A DNA stretch of 64,000 nt from Candidatus Giovannonibacteria bacterium RIFCSPHIGHO2_12_FULL_44_22 (GCA_001778695.1 MFHU01000004.1:210-64209), one strand, 5' to 3'. Positions 1-11,295 are shown, counted from the first letter of the stretch. Program-made: numbers and translations. Notes: a model not told the origin generated them from the sequence alone.

Positions 1-32
1 ATTATTAAACTTATGGTATCATTAATACAATC

Positions 33-671
33 ATGAATCAAGCCCTGCAGTTTATTTTTCAAATCGCCATTTTAATTTTTTCGGTGATAATCCACGAAGT
101 TTCCCATGGCGCAGTGGCTTATGCTTTGGGCGATTCCACTGCCAAAGATGAAGGCCGGCTCACTCTAAACCCCGTGAACCACCTTGACCCTTTCGGATCT
201 ATTTTACTGCCGGTTTTAACTTATCTAATGGGAGGATTTATTTTCGGCTGGGCGAAACCGGTGCCTTATAATCCCTATAATTTAAAAAGACCTCGCTGGC
301 TCGGACGGATTTCGCCAGATGCTTTGGTCGGCGTGGCGGGGCCTTTGAGTAATATTTTTTTGGCGGTTATTTTCGGTTTTTTCATCAGATTCAGCGGCGC
401 TTACGCTTTTTTTCCGCCAGCTTTTTTTCAAATCGCTTCTTTTGTAGTTTTTTTAAATCTAGTGCTCGCGATTTTTAATTTGGCGCCGATTCCTCCTTTG
501 GACGGTTCAAAAGTTCTTTTCGCGTTTCTTCCGGGCCGGGCTTATGAAATCCAGCGCTTTATGGAAAGATACGGCATTATTTTGTTTTTGGCATTTATTT
601 TTCTTTTATCCGGCATAATAATTCCCATCGCCGATTTTCTTTTCCGCATTATCACCGGTTTGGGAGTTTGA
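33..671 (+). CDS. Site-2 protease (M50) membrane zinc metalloprotease
   Basis: HEVSH (HExxH) and [10 protein letters not shown] motifs, hydrophobic. Confidence 0.9.
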   Translation: MNQALQFIFQIAILIFSVIIHEVSHGAVAYALGDSTAKDEGRLTLNPVNHLDPFGSILLPVLTYLMGGFIFGWAKPVPYNPYNLKRPRWLGRISPDALVGVAGPLSNIFLAVIFGFFIRFSGAYAFFPPAFFQIASFVVFLNLVLAIFNLAPIPPLDGSKVLFAFLPGRAYEIQRFMERYGIILFLAFIFLLSGIIIPIADFLFRIITGLGV

Positions 672-696
672 CGCCCTGTTTTTATTTTGTTAGCAT
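668..696 (+). promoter_or_regulatory. sigma70-like promoter of the str operon
   Basis: TTGACG-N17-TAGCAT ending 10 nt before the rpsL ATG. Confidence 0.55.
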
Positions 697-706
697 GGTT
701 TCTACA

Positions 707-1117
707 ATGCCGACCATTAATCAATTGGTAAAAAGAGGCCGGAAGAAGATTCAATATAAAGCCAAGTCGGTTGCCTTAGCTAAAAGTTTTAACGCGCTTC
801 AAAACCGGCCGAAATTTTATCCTTCGCCTTTCAAACGCGGGGTATGTTTGGCGGTAAAAACAATGACGCCCAAAAAACCCAACTCCGCTTTGCGGAAAGT
901 CGCCCGGGTGCGCCTCACCAACGGCATGGAAGTCACCGCTTATATTCCGGGAGAGAAACATTCTTTGCAGGAGCACTCGGTTGTCGTAATCCGCGGAGGG
1001 CGCGTGAAAGATTTGCCTGGGGTGCAGTATCATATTGTGCGCGGAGTGCTGGATACGACCGGCGTTGAAGGCAGAAAACAGCAAAGGTCAAAATATGGAG
1101 CGAAACGCCCGAAATAA
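707..1117 (+). CDS. rpsL: 30S ribosomal protein S12
   Basis: MPTINQLV...[10 protein letters not shown]...RVKDLPGV; start moved to ATG 707. Confidence 0.98.
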   Translation: MPTINQLVKRGRKKIQYKAKSVALAKSFNALQNRPKFYPSPFKRGVCLAVKTMTPKKPNSALRKVARVRLTNGMEVTAYIPGEKHSLQEHSVVVIRGGRVKDLPGVQYHIVRGVLDTTGVEGRKQQRSKYGAKRPK

Positions 1118-1148
1118 TACCAATTACGAATTTTATACGAATATACAA

Positions 1149-1640
1149 ATGAGGAGAAAAAAGAAAGAAAAACGAGAATTAGTTTTAGACGCTATTTATG
1201 ATTCGTCTTTGGTTTCCAAATTGACGAATTATTTAATGTTTTCCGGAAAAAAATCCACCGCCCAAAAAGTAATCTGGGGCGCTTTAGAAGAAATAAAAAA
1301 AACCCTGTCTGCCAACAAGGCAGGAAAAAAAACGGATAACCCCGTGGCTGTTTTGGAGCTTGCCATGAAAAACATAACGCCGATGGTGGAAATCCGCCCG
1401 AGAAGAATAGGAGGAGCGACCTACCAAGTGCCTCGGGAAGTCCAGCAGGACCGCGGATTTTCTTTGGCTTCCAGATGGCTAATCGGCGCGGCTCGCGCCA
1501 AAAAAGGCAAGCCCATGGCGCAAAAACTGGCCGAGGAGATTCTTTTGGCGACAAAAAATGAGGGTGCCGCCATCAAGAAAAAATTAGACACGCATCGCAT
1601 GGCCGAAGCCAACAGAGCGTTCGCGCACTTTGCATGGTAA
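1149..1640 (+). CDS. rpsG: 30S ribosomal protein S7
   Basis: RRIGGATYQVP, HRMAEANRAFAHF; start at ATG 1149. Confidence 0.97.
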   Translation: MRRKKKEKRELVLDAIYDSSLVSKLTNYLMFSGKKSTAQKVIWGALEEIKKTLSANKAGKKTDNPVAVLELAMKNITPMVEIRPRRIGGATYQVPREVQQDRGFSLASRWLIGAARAKKGKPMAQKLAEEILLATKNEGAAIKKKLDTHRMAEANRAFAHFAW

Positions 1641-1643
1641 TTT

Positions 1644-3779
1644 ATGGCACGGGAATATCCATTAGAAAGAGTCCGCGATATTGGAATTATCGCCCACATA
1701 GACGCCGGCAAAACCACCGTTTCCGAGCGGGTGCTTTTTTATACCGGAGTTTCGCATAAAATCGGCGAGGTGCATGAAGGCGAGGCGATTATGGATTGGA
1801 TGGAGCAGGAGCAGGAGCGCGGAATTACCATAACAGCCGCCGCCACGACCTGTTTTTGGACACCGACTTATCTTGGCGCGCGGAGTGACGCGGACGAAAA
1901 CGCAGAAAAACTCGGCAAAGAAAACGAATATCGCATTAACATAATTGACACGCCGGGGCACGTGGATTTTACGGTGGAGGTGGAACGCTCTTTGCGGGTT
2001 TTGGACGGAGGTGTGGTGGTTTTTGACGGCGTCGCCGGAGTTGAACCGCAATCGGAAACTGTCTGGCGTCAAGCCGACAAATACAATGTTCCCAGAATTT
2101 GCTTTATAAATAAATTGGATAGAATGGGCGCCTCTTTTGAAAATAGTTTCAAATCAATTTTGGATCGCCTGACTCCCAACGCCGTGGCTTTAAATATTCC
2201 AGTGGGTTTGGAGGCGGCGTTTTCCGGAGTGATTGACCTTATACGGATGAAATTTGTTAAATTTGAAGGCGATCACGGCGAAAAAATGGTCGTAGAAGAA
2301 ATTCCGGCGGAGCGCAAAAAAGAAGCTGAAGACTGGCGCCACAAGCTTGTTGAAAAAATCGCCGAGCAGGACGACACTCTTACGGAAAAATATTTGGAAG
2401 GGAAAGAAATTTCGCAGGAAGAATTAAAAAAAGTTTTACGCGCGTCCTCTCTGGCCTACACTTTGGTGCCGGTTTTTTGCGGATCGGCTTTGAAAAATAA
2501 AGGAGTTCAACTGATGCTGGACGGCGTGGTGGATTATCTGCCAAGCCCCCAAGACCTTCCTCCGGTAAAAGGCACTGACCTTAAAACCGGCGAGGAAATT
2601 TTCCGCGAATCCAAAGATGACGCGCCTTTGGCCGCTTTAGCTTTCAAACTTCAGACCGACCCCTACGTCGGCCAGCTTACATATTTCAGAGTTTATTCAG
2701 GCACATTATCCTCCGGCTCCTACGTTTTTAATTCAACAAAAAATGAAAAAGAAAGAGTCGGGAGAATTTTGCGGATGCACGCCAATCACAGGGAGGAAGC
2801 GAAAGAAATGCAGGCCGGAGACATCGGAGCGATAGTCGGTTTAAAAAGCACAAAAACCGGCGACACGCTTTGCGATCCGGACAAGCCGATTATTTTGGAA
2901 AATATTATTTTCCCGGAGCCGGTGGTATCTTTGCGGATTGAGCCCAAAACCAAGGCCGACCAAGAGCGCATGGGTTTGGCTCTGCATAGGCTTAGCGAAG
3001 AGGACCCGACCTTCAGAATCAAAGGAGACGAAGAAACAATGGAGACGATTATTTCCGGAATGGGCGAACTCCATTTGGAAATAATAGTTGACCGGATGAA
3101 GCGCGAATTTAAAGTTGGGGCCAATGTCGGGCGCCCGCAGGTGGCTTACAAAGAAACCATTAAAAAAACGGCGGAAGCCGAAGGAAAATATATTAAACAA
3201 TCCGGCGGGCACGGGCAATATGGTCATGTCTGGTTGAGAGTTGAACCGCAGGAGCGTGGCAAGGGATTTGAATTTGAAAGCGAAATCAGGGGAGGAGTAA
3301 TTCCGCAGGAATTTATTCCGGCGGTTGAAAAGGGTGTTAAGGAGGCAGTTGAAAAAGGAGTGGTGGCGGGGTTTCCACTGGTAGACATAAAAGTCGCGCT
3401 TTACGACGGCTCTTACCACGACGTGGATTCGTCCGAATCAGCTTTTAAAATCGCTGGCTCCATTGCTTTGCAGGAAGCCGCAAAGCGAGCCCAAGCAATT
3501 CTTTTGGAACCGATTATGAAAGTTGAGGTGGTGACGCCGGAGCATTTTTTGGGGGATGTAACTGGCGACCTTTCTTCAAAACGCGGAAAAATTGAGCGTA
3601 TGTTTGAACGCGGTACCGCGAAAGTCGTTGACGCCAAAGTCCCGCTTTCCGAAATGTTCGGCTATGTGACGAAACTTCGCTCAATGACCGAAGGCCGCGC
3701 TTCCTATACTATGGAATTCTCGCACTACGAAGAAGTCCCCACCAATATCGCGGAGTTAATTAAAGAAGGGAAGAAGTAA
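1644..3779 (+). CDS. fusA: Elongation factor G
   Basis: [21 protein letters not shown] motifs; 711 aa. Confidence 0.99.
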   Translation: MAREYPLERVRDIGIIAHIDAGKTTVSERVLFYTGVSHKIGEVHEGEAIMDWMEQEQERGITITAAATTCFWTPTYLGARSDADENAEKLGKENEYRINIIDTPGHVDFTVEVERSLRVLDGGVVVFDGVAGVEPQSETVWRQADKYNVPRICFINKLDRMGASFENSFKSILDRLTPNAVALNIPVGLEAAFSGVIDLIRMKFVKFEGDHGEKMVVEEIPAERKKEAEDWRHKLVEKIAEQDDTLTEKYLEGKEISQEELKKVLRASSLAYTLVPVFCGSALKNKGVQLMLDGVVDYLPSPQDLPPVKGTDLKTGEEIFRESKDDAPLAALAFKLQTDPYVGQLTYFRVYSGTLSSGSYVFNSTKNEKERVGRILRMHANHREEAKEMQAGDIGAIVGLKSTKTGDTLCDPDKPIILENIIFPEPVVSLRIEPKTKADQERMGLALHRLSEEDPTFRIKGDEETMETIISGMGELHLEIIVDRMKREFKVGANVGRPQVAYKETIKKTAEAEGKYIKQSGGHGQYGHVWLRVEPQERGKGFEFESEIRGGVIPQEFIPAVEKGVKEAVEKGVVAGFPLVDIKVALYDGSYHDVDSSESAFKIAGSIALQEAAKRAQAILLEPIMKVEVVTPEHFLGDVTGDLSSKRGKIERMFERGTAKVVDAKVPLSEMFGYVTKLRSMTEGRASYTMEFSHYEEVPTNIAELIKEGKK

Positions 3780-3798
3780 ACCCCTCCCTTTTCTCGCC

Positions 3799-4062
3799 AT
3801 GTTTTATGTCTATTTGATAAAAAATAATAATAAGCGCTGGTATATTGGGTCTACAAATGACTTAAAAAGAAGGATGACTGAGCATAATGCCGGCAAAAAC
3901 TTTTCAACTAAATATGATAAAACATGGAAATTAATATACTACGAAGCTTACTTGGACGAACACATGGCTAGAATAAGAGAGAAAAAGTTGAAAAGTTTTG
4001 GAAGTGCTTTTGGACACCTGTTAAAGCGTTTAGATATGGGCAATAAAAAAAAGGAGGGGTAA
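3799..4062 (+). CDS. GIY-YIG nuclease family protein
   Basis: FYVYLI...WYIGST.DL.RR..EHN...YYE..A..RE..LK. Confidence 0.88.
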   Translation: MFYVYLIKNNNKRWYIGSTNDLKRRMTEHNAGKNFSTKYDKTWKLIYYEAYLDEHMARIREKKLKSFGSAFGHLLKRLDMGNKKKEG

Positions 4063-4066
4063 ATTT

Positions 4067-4198
4067 ATGGAAAACGAAAAAATAGAAAAAGAAGATCAGC
4101 CCAAGGCTGACCAGCCTATGGCTGGAAAAATATTGTCCGATGAATTGCTCGCCGAAGATTTGGATTCGGAGCCGTCCCTTGACGATCTGCCGGTTTAA
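4067..4198 (+). CDS. Small acidic hypothetical protein (43 aa, MENEKIEKEDQPKADQPMAG...)
   Basis: Hand-translated ORF below the track cutoff, AGGAGG 10 nt upstream; contains a 30-bp double-hairpin repeat. Confidence 0.45.
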   Translation: MENEKIEKEDQPKADQPMAGKILSDELLAEDLDSEPSLDDLPV

Positions 4199-4234
4199 TT
4201 CTAATCTTGGCGTAGAGGTAAAAGGAGGGGCTCT

Positions 4235-4915
4235 ATGACAACAAAACCGAGGAATGGGAAAAATTTTCGGAGATTAATTATCGATACTATAAAGAAGGAT
4301 GAAGACGCTATTCCAGGCAGGGCTGGAGAAACGCCGATTTCGGATCTCGCCTGTATGTTTAAAAAGCTTAAAGATAAAGAGGCTGACGAAGCGATCAAAA
4401 CAATTGTTGACCTCATAAACACGCCGCCTGACCCACTTCTTGTTGCCGATCCAAAAAAATTCTGGTTCAACGTTATGTTTCTCTCACATTATCCTAAAGG
4501 CGAGAAAAATTCACTAAGAGATGCGTTTTTCGCTCGCTTGTTCGGGGAGAGGGCGCTGGATCGTAGTCTATTAATATGGATGTTTAATGGGTATATTGAA
4601 GCCGGAGGAATTTTTGATCAACCCATGCTTCTTGCATTATCGTTTCTTCGGGACGAATCTCCAATCGCATGGCTCAATGCGGCTGCCCGAAGCAGAGAAT
4701 TTGATTTTGTAAAAAATGAAGCCGTTCAGCTACTCCGAGATGGGAAAATTTCTTCTAGGACAGGAAGTGTTTTCATTTACTTTCTCGATTTTTTAAAAAA
4801 ACTTTGGCCGTCCGAAGAAGATTTTTTCAAAGTTGTTGAAGAATTCCACGACGCGGCACAAGATCAGGACACAAAAGAAAAGCTTCAAGGATGGATTGAT
4901 AGGCACAAAAAGTAG
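4235..4915 (+). CDS. Hypothetical protein (no family recognised)
   Basis: 226-aa ORF with AAGGAGG SD and its own terminator. Confidence 0.75.
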   Translation: MTTKPRNGKNFRRLIIDTIKKDEDAIPGRAGETPISDLACMFKKLKDKEADEAIKTIVDLINTPPDPLLVADPKKFWFNVMFLSHYPKGEKNSLRDAFFARLFGERALDRSLLIWMFNGYIEAGGIFDQPMLLALSFLRDESPIAWLNAAARSREFDFVKNEAVQLLRDGKISSRTGSVFIYFLDFLKKLWPSEEDFFKVVEEFHDAAQDQDTKEKLQGWIDRHKK

Positions 4916-4935
4916 AACAAATTTGATTCAGATAA

Positions 4936-4959
4936 AGGCGCTTCAGCGCCTATTTTTTT
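4936..4959 (+). terminator. Intrinsic terminator
   Basis: AGGCGC-TTCA-GCGCCT followed by ATTTTTTT. Confidence 0.75.
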
Positions 4960-4985
4960 ACGCAAAAAGGCGGAATTGAGGGGTG

Positions 4986-5014
4986 TTGACAGCGTTTTAA
5001 CTATCATATAACAT
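4986..5014 (+). promoter_or_regulatory. sigma70-like promoter of tuf
   Basis: TTGACA-N17-TAACAT. Confidence 0.6.
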
Positions 5015-5073
5015 ACTTCTATACGCTAAATCAGCGTATTGGCTTTTATAAGCGTTAATTTTTAAAACAATTT

Positions 5074-6267
5074 ATGGCGGAAAAATTTGAGAGGACAAAG
5101 CCCCACTTGAATGTGGGCACAATCGGCCACGTTGACCACGGCAAGACCACTTTGACGGCGGCTATTTTACACGTGCTTAATTTGGCGGGGAAAAAGGTGC
5201 GCATTGAAAAAATTGAGGACATTGATAACGCTCCCGAAGAGAGGAAGCGCGGAATTACCATCGCCTTGCACCATTCTGAATACGAAACCGACAAGCGCCA
5301 CTACGCGCACATTGATGCTCCGGGGCACGCCGACTATATTAAAAATATGATAACCGGAGCCGCGCAAATGGACGGCGCAATTTTGGTGGTTTCGGCTGCG
5401 GACGGCCCGATGCCTCAAACCAGAGAACACATTCTTTTGGCGCGCCAAGTAGGCGTTCCAGCAGTTATTGTTTTTTTAAACAAAGTTGACACGGTGGACG
5501 ACAAAGAATTAGTTGATTTAGTGGAAACGGAAATCAGAGAACTTCTTACCAAATATGAATACCCCGGCGATAAAACTCCGATTATCCGCGGTTCGGCTTT
5601 AAAGGCTTTAGCGGCAAAATCCGCGGATGACGAATGGGCCAAGCCGATTTTGGAACTTGCCAAACAACTTGATGAATATATTCCCGAACCTGTTCGTGAT
5701 ATTGACATGCCTTTTCTTATGCCGGCTGAAGATGTTTTTTCAATTGAAGGCCGTGGCACCGTGGTTACCGGAAGAATTGAGCGCGGAAAAGTTAAATTAA
5801 ACGATGAAGTTGAAATCGTGGGATTAAAAGATACCCAAAAAACCGTAGTCACCGGAATTGAAATGTTCAACAAACAATTGGATGAAGGCATGGCCGGAGA
5901 CAACGCCGGGATTTTGCTAAGAGGAGTTAAAAAAGAAGACGTGGAGCGCGGGCAGGTAATCGCCAAGCCGGGGTCTATTACTCCGCATACCGATTTTGAT
6001 TCCGAAGTTTATATTCTCACCAAAGAAGAAGGCGGACGGCACACGCCGTTTTTCACGGGCTATAAGCCGCAGTTCTACATCAGGACAACTGATGTGACTG
6101 GAGACGTAACCTTGCCAACGGGGACGGAAATGGTAATGCCCGGAGACACGATTAAATTTACTGTGAAGCTAATCGCGCCGGTTGCCATGGAAGAAAAATT
6201 GCGCTTCGCGATTCGCGAGGGAGGCAAGACGGTAGGCGCTGGAGTTGTCACAAAAATCAATAAATAA
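5074..6267 (+). CDS. tuf: Elongation factor Tu
   Basis: [21 protein letters not shown] motifs. Confidence 0.99.
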   Translation: MAEKFERTKPHLNVGTIGHVDHGKTTLTAAILHVLNLAGKKVRIEKIEDIDNAPEERKRGITIALHHSEYETDKRHYAHIDAPGHADYIKNMITGAAQMDGAILVVSAADGPMPQTREHILLARQVGVPAVIVFLNKVDTVDDKELVDLVETEIRELLTKYEYPGDKTPIIRGSALKALAAKSADDEWAKPILELAKQLDEYIPEPVRDIDMPFLMPAEDVFSIEGRGTVVTGRIERGKVKLNDEVEIVGLKDTQKTVVTGIEMFNKQLDEGMAGDNAGILLRGVKKEDVERGQVIAKPGSITPHTDFDSEVYILTKEEGGRHTPFFTGYKPQFYIRTTDVTGDVTLPTGTEMVMPGDTIKFTVKLIAPVAMEEKLRFAIREGGKTVGAGVVTKINK

Positions 6268-6269
6268 AA

Positions 6270-6623
6270 ATGACCAAGGCGCTCGCAAAAGCGAAAGAAA
6301 AAGAAAAGGAGGCGGAGGAAAAGCAAAGGTTAAGAATCCGCGTGCGGGCTTATGACCATAAAATTTTGGACTCATCCGTAAAACAAATCGTGGACACGGC
6401 TTTGAGATACGGCTCGGAAATACAGGGGCCGGTGCCACTACCTACGGAGATAAAAAAATACACCGTAAACCGTTCTTCTTTCGTCCATAAAAACGCGCGT
6501 GAGCAGTTTGAGATGCGCGTGCACCGGCGCTTGATTGATGTTTTAAACCCCACGGCGAAAGTCGTGGAAGCAATGACTAATCTAAATCTTCCTGCCGGCG
6601 TGGATATTGAAATTAAGATGTAG
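6270..6623 (+). CDS. rpsJ: 30S ribosomal protein S10
   Basis: RIRVRAYDH...GPVPLPT...REQFEMR. Confidence 0.98.
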   Translation: MTKALAKAKEKEKEAEEKQRLRIRVRAYDHKILDSSVKQIVDTALRYGSEIQGPVPLPTEIKKYTVNRSSFVHKNAREQFEMRVHRRLIDVLNPTAKVVEAMTNLNLPAGVDIEIKM

Positions 6624-6663
6624 CATAACAAAATAAAAAAATCGTTTTATTTTGTTTAAACTT

Positions 6664-7254
6664 ATGAAATTCATACTCGCAAAAAAAGTTGAAATGTCGC
6701 AGGTTTTTGATGAAAATGGCCGGGTGCATCCGGTAACCTGGCTTTTGGCTGGGCCTATTTTTGTAACTCAAAAAAAATCAGCGGAAAAAGACGGCTATGT
6801 GTCGGTGCAAGTAGGTTTTGGTTCCAAAAAAGAAAAAAATGTTAAAAAGCCACAGAAAAAATTGGGAAATTTTGAGGGGTTCAGGGAATTTCGCGGAGAA
6901 CACCCGATGAATGTCGGGGACAAAATTGATGTTTCGGTTTTTAAAGAGGGGGACATTGTAAATGTTTCAGGAACTTCCAAAGGAAAAGGTTTTCAAGGCG
7001 TGGTGAAAAGGCACGGCTTTGCCGGCGGTCCGCGCACTCATGGGCAGAAGCATTCGGAAAGAGAGCCCGGATCTATTGGGGCCACTTGGCCGCAAAGGGT
7101 GTTAAAAGGCAGGCGCATGCCCGGGCGAATGGGCAGCGACCGCGTTACAGTGCGAAATCTTAAAATAATAAAAATAATTCCCGAAAAAAATTTGATGGCC
7201 ATAGAAGGCGCCATCCCCGGCAACCGCGGCAGTTTGGTGGAAATAAGAGGATAA
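6664..7254 (+). CDS. rplC: 50S ribosomal protein L3
   Basis: SKGKGFQGVVKRHGF, PGRMG; start at ATG 6664. Confidence 0.97.
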   Translation: MKFILAKKVEMSQVFDENGRVHPVTWLLAGPIFVTQKKSAEKDGYVSVQVGFGSKKEKNVKKPQKKLGNFEGFREFRGEHPMNVGDKIDVSVFKEGDIVNVSGTSKGKGFQGVVKRHGFAGGPRTHGQKHSEREPGSIGATWPQRVLKGRRMPGRMGSDRVTVRNLKIIKIIPEKNLMAIEGAIPGNRGSLVEIRG

Positions 7255-7277
7255 AAGCTCCCTTGCGGGGGGTTTTT
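7255..7277 (+). terminator. Terminator-like hairpin after rplC
   Basis: AAGCTCCC-TTGC-GGGGGGTT followed by T tract. Confidence 0.5.
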
Positions 7278-7404
7278 GGTTATGCTATCATCAAAATCAC
7301 TTGTGGGAAGCGAACCAAAATACGATTTAGGAGGGTAAAAAGGATTAGAATCCAAGGTTTTTAACCGAGGGGGGTTCTGCCTCCTTGTTTTTGTTTTAAA
7401 AAAG

Positions 7405-8055
7405 ATGAAAGTCAATACATATAATATAAAAGGAGAAAAAGCGGAGACTACGGAATTACCGGAGGGGATTTTTGGAGCGGCGTGGAAACCAGCACTAGTG
7501 AAGCAGGTTTTTGACGGCGAGATGGCAAATAAAAGACGCCCTTGGGCGCATACTAAAACCAGGGGCGAGGTCCGTGGCGGAGGCAGAAAGCCATGGCGGC
7601 AAAAAGGAACCGGACGCGCGAGGCATGGCTCAACCAGATCGCCATTGTGGGTTGGGGGAGGAATTGCTCACGGACCGAGAAATGAAAGGGATTATAGCGT
7701 AAAAATAAATAAAAAAATGAGGCGAGGGGCGCTGTTTTCTTTGCTTTCCAGAAAATTAAAAGACAAAGAAATTATTTTGATTGATAATTTTGAAATGGCT
7801 AAATCCAAAACTAGAGAAGCTTTTAATATTTTTAAAAATTTGAGGACAACGGGAGATATTTATAATTTAGGGATAAAAGGGGGGAAAGCGCTTCTGGCTT
7901 TGGCGAAAGGCGACGCTAAAAGGGCGGTCCATAATCTGCCTTTTGTAAATTTTATAGAGCCGAGAAATTTAAACGTCTCCGCGCTTTTGCAGAATAAATA
8001 TTTAATTTTGGATAAGGCCAGCATTAAAGAATTAGAAAAAACTTATGCCAGGTAG
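7405..8055 (+). CDS. rplD: 50S ribosomal protein L4
   Basis: KPWRQKGTGRARHGS. Confidence 0.98.
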   Translation: MKVNTYNIKGEKAETTELPEGIFGAAWKPALVKQVFDGEMANKRRPWAHTKTRGEVRGGGRKPWRQKGTGRARHGSTRSPLWVGGGIAHGPRNERDYSVKINKKMRRGALFSLLSRKLKDKEIILIDNFEMAKSKTREAFNIFKNLRTTGDIYNLGIKGGKALLALAKGDAKRAVHNLPFVNFIEPRNLNVSALLQNKYLILDKASIKELEKTYAR

Positions 8056-8182
8056 TGAAAAAATCGATTGCTTTTCGGTGATATTACAAAATCCAGCAGC
8101 TATCCTGCAGCTTTACATTGGGTCGAAATTTGAGGTTATATTTACAAAAGCATTATCATTAATCGATTTTTCTACTACCTGG
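8048..8182 (+). repeat. Start-codon hairpin element, copy 1 (135 bp, before rplW)
   Basis: CCAGGTAGTGAAAAAATCGATT...AATCGATTTTTCTACTACCTGG with TATG on both sides (8044, 8183). Confidence 0.9.
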
Positions 8183-8183
8183 T

Positions 8184-8651
8184 ATGCCGTTTAATTTATC
8201 GCAAATTTTCGGGGGATGGAGGAAGAAGAAAAATAAGGGGCGCAAGGCGCCTGAGAGCTCGCCTCATTCATTCCGTTCGCGCTTAACCCTCCCCGCAGAG
8301 CGGGGGGGCTCCGATGCGTCTCACGGTCCGAACGAGGCTCGCTCTTCTAAAGTCGCCACCCAAACTAAAAATAAAAGCGAACTGGCTTGGAAATTAATTA
8401 TCGCGCCTCATATTTCTGAAAAATCAACTATGCTTGGCGAGGGTCGGTATGTTTTTAAAGTCGCCGGCTCCGCGAACAAGCCATCTCTCAAGCAAGCTAT
8501 AGAAGCCAGATACGGCGTCACGGTTCTATCAATAAACATGCTCGCGGCAAGAAACAAAAAACGAAGGCGCGGCGTAATTTTGGGAATTAAGCCGGGATTT
8601 AAAAAAGCAATAGTGACATTAAAAGCAGGACAAAACATAACCGAATTTTAA
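8184..8651 (+). CDS. rplW: 50S ribosomal protein L23 with long N-terminal extension
   Basis: PHISEKS...YVFKV...KKAIVTL; position in the S10 operon. Confidence 0.93.
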   Translation: MPFNLSQIFGGWRKKKNKGRKAPESSPHSFRSRLTLPAERGGSDASHGPNEARSSKVATQTKNKSELAWKLIIAPHISEKSTMLGEGRYVFKVAGSANKPSLKQAIEARYGVTVLSINMLAARNKKRRRGVILGIKPGFKKAIVTLKAGQNITEF

Positions 8652-8654
8652 TTT

Positions 8655-9485
8655 ATGAAAACTTTCGCTCCCACATCTCCGTCAAGAAGGCAGATGACCG
8701 GAATAAATTACCGGGAGTTTTTGACGCGCCATGACCCCGAAAAATCTTTGGTGTTTGGAAAGCATCGCGCAGTCGGCCGAAACAATTTGGGCCGCATCAC
8801 TACGCGCCACAAGGGAGGCGGGGCGAAACGGCTTTTACGGATCGTTGATTTTCAATTTGATAAAAAAGATATCCCCGGGCGCGTGGATTCGGTTGAATAC
8901 GACCCCAACCGCACGGCTTTTATCGGGCTGATTATTTATAAAGACGGCGAGAAACGCTACATGGTTTTGCCTAAAGATATCCGCCCCGGGCGCGAAATTT
9001 TAATATCCGAAAAAGCTCCTATCATAGCAGGCAATCGCTTGCCGTTGGGCGCTTTGCCGCCTGGAACGCTTATTTATAACATTGCTTTAGCTCCGGAAGG
9101 CAAAGCTGTTCTAGTGCGCTCCGCCGGAAGTTTTGCGGAAGTAGTGGCTCATGACGGCGGATATGCCACAATAAAATTGCCGTCCGGAGAAGTGAGAAAA
9201 ATAAAAGACAACGCCTGGGCTTCGGTGGGGCAGGTTTCAAATGAAGAAAATAATCTGGTGGTTATCGGCAAAGCTGGCCGGTCGCGCCTTTTGGGCATCC
9301 GCCCCACGGTGAGAGGTTCGGCCATGAATCCGGTTGACCATCCTTACGGAGGAGGCGAGGGGCGCACGATGCGCGGAACAAGGCGCCCTAAAAATAAATG
9401 GGGCAAAGGAACTAGGGGTGTTAAAACCAGGAATCGCAACAAATATTCTTCCAAATTTATAATTAGCCGGAGGACCAAAAATTAA
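8655..9485 (+). CDS. rplB: 50S ribosomal protein L2
   Basis: EYDPNRTA, RGSAMNPVDHPYGGGEG. Confidence 0.99.
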   Translation: MKTFAPTSPSRRQMTGINYREFLTRHDPEKSLVFGKHRAVGRNNLGRITTRHKGGGAKRLLRIVDFQFDKKDIPGRVDSVEYDPNRTAFIGLIIYKDGEKRYMVLPKDIRPGREILISEKAPIIAGNRLPLGALPPGTLIYNIALAPEGKAVLVRSAGSFAEVVAHDGGYATIKLPSGEVRKIKDNAWASVGQVSNEENNLVVIGKAGRSRLLGIRPTVRGSAMNPVDHPYGGGEGRTMRGTRRPKNKWGKGTRGVKTRNRNKYSSKFIISRRTKN

Positions 9486-9493
9486 TTTAAAAT

Positions 9494-9844
9494 ATGCCGC
9501 GAAGCTTAAAAAAAGGCCCATATACGGATCCGAAATTGCTTAAAAAATTAAGCAAGTTTAAATCCGGCGGGCGAGATATAATCAAAACTTGGTCCAGGAG
9601 GTCGCAAATCGCTCCGGAGATGATCGGATATACTTTTGGAGTGCATAATGGCAAGGATTTTATTTCGGTTGCGGTTTCCGAAGAAATGGTCGGACATCGT
9701 TTGGGCGAATTTTCTCCAACCCGTAAATTCGTGAAGCACGGAGGGAAAATGCAAAAAGAATTGGAAATGCAGGCCAAGGAAGCCGAAAAAACAAAAGCCG
9801 CCGCTTCAACCGCGACAGCATCGGCAGTTCCGGCCAAAAAATAA
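9494..9844 (+). CDS. rpsS: 30S ribosomal protein S19
   Basis: [20 protein letters not shown]. Confidence 0.98.
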   Translation: MPRSLKKGPYTDPKLLKKLSKFKSGGRDIIKTWSRRSQIAPEMIGYTFGVHNGKDFISVAVSEEMVGHRLGEFSPTRKFVKHGGKMQKELEMQAKEAEKTKAAASTATASAVPAKK

Positions 9845-9849
9845 AAATT

Positions 9850-10185
9850 ATGGAAGAAATAAAAGCACATTTGAGATATTTAAGAATGGCGCCAAGAAAA
9901 GTAAGATTGGCGGCTGATTTAATCCGCGGAAAATCGGCCGAAGAAGCTGAGGCGGCTTTGGGATTTCTCGCCCGCCGGTCCGCCGAACCTTTAAAAAAGC
10001 TTTTGCATTCTGCCATTGCCAACGCCAAGCATAATTTTAATCTTGAAAAAGAAAATTTGTTTGTAAAAAGCATCAGGGTTGACAAAGGGCCGACCTTAAA
10101 GCGCTTTATGCCGCGCGCCAGAGGAGTGGCTTCGCCCATCAGGAAGCGCGTCAGCCATGTTACCATTATACTTTCAGGAAAATAA
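9850..10185 (+). CDS. rplV: 50S ribosomal protein L22
   Basis: APRKVRLAADLIRG, PRARG. Confidence 0.98.
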   Translation: MEEIKAHLRYLRMAPRKVRLAADLIRGKSAEEAEAALGFLARRSAEPLKKLLHSAIANAKHNFNLEKENLFVKSIRVDKGPTLKRFMPRARGVASPIRKRVSHVTIILSGK

Positions 10186-10186
10186 C

Positions 10187-10909
10187 ATGACACACACATC
10201 GCATCCATATGCAATGAGGTTGGGAATTATCAGGCCGTGGAAATCACGCTGGTTTTCCGTTAAGAATTACCAGAAATTCCTGAAAGAAGATGTGTTGTTG
10301 AGAGAGCATCTTGAGGAAAAATTGCGCGGCATGCTGGTGGACGCCATTGAAATTGAAAGATCTCCTTCAACACTCAATGTAATTATAAAAACGGCCCGGC
10401 CGGGACTTTTGATCGGCAGGGGAGGCGAGGGCATAGAAAAATTAAAAAAAGAAGTTGACGCTTTTTTGAAAAAAAAGAGAAAAGGCCTCCGCCAGCCGGC
10501 TGATAGTCCGTCAAAATCTTCAGCTAAAACAGGTCTTAAGCTCACGGTTGAAGAAATAAAATCTCCCGAACAGCATTCTAGAGTAATGGCTGAAACAATC
10601 GCGCAGGATTTGGAAAAACGTCTGCCTTTCAGAAGGGTGCTCAAACATACCATCAGCAAAATAATGTCATCCAAGGGCGTTAAGGGCGCCAAAATCACGC
10701 TTTCGGGGAGACTGGACGGCGCGGAAATGGCGCGGTACGAATGGCTGAAAGAAGGTCAGATTCCTTTGCAGACACTGCGCGCCGATGTTGATTTTGCCAG
10801 AGGCCGCGCGCATTTGCCTTATGGAGATTTAGGAATAAAGGTTTGGATTTATAAGGGAGAAATTTTTAACAAAGAAAAAGATGTTGCTACCCAAAAGAGT
10901 AAAATTTAG
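10187..10909 (+). CDS. rpsC: 30S ribosomal protein S3
   Basis: [28 protein letters not shown]; start at ATG 10187. Confidence 0.97.
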   Translation: MTHTSHPYAMRLGIIRPWKSRWFSVKNYQKFLKEDVLLREHLEEKLRGMLVDAIEIERSPSTLNVIIKTARPGLLIGRGGEGIEKLKKEVDAFLKKKRKGLRQPADSPSKSSAKTGLKLTVEEIKSPEQHSRVMAETIAQDLEKRLPFRRVLKHTISKIMSSKGVKGAKITLSGRLDGAEMARYEWLKEGQIPLQTLRADVDFARGRAHLPYGDLGIKVWIYKGEIFNKEKDVATQKSKI

Positions 10910-11291
10910 GAAATGGCAGAGGCTGGCTACCAAAAGAAACCTCAAAGAAACCAGAGGCGTGTCTTTGGCTTTTGGGTCCTACGGCCTCAAAGCCGAGGAA
11001 GCTCTTTGGGTAAAATCAAAACAATTGGAGGCGGCCAGAAAAGCTATGACCAATTATATCCAGAGGGGCGGGAAAATCTGGATCCGCATTTTTCCCGACA
11101 AACCAATTACCCAAAAACCGCCGGAGGTGACCATGGGTGCCGGAAAGGGAGACGTGGCCGGATATGTTTTCCCGGTGCTTCCGGGAAGAATAATTTTTGA
11201 AATGGAAGGCGTGACAAAAGAAGTTGCCAAAGAAGCATTGCGCCGCGCTGGAGCCAAATTGCCGATTAGAACTAAATTTGTATCAAGATAA
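10881..11291 (+). CDS. rplP: 50S ribosomal protein L16
   Basis: [20 protein letters not shown]. Confidence 0.98.
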   Translation: MLLPKRVKFRKWQRLATKRNLKETRGVSLAFGSYGLKAEEALWVKSKQLEAARKAMTNYIQRGGKIWIRIFPDKPITQKPPEVTMGAGKGDVAGYVFPVLPGRIIFEMEGVTKEVAKEALRRAGAKLPIRTKFVSR

Positions 11292-11295
11292 TTTT

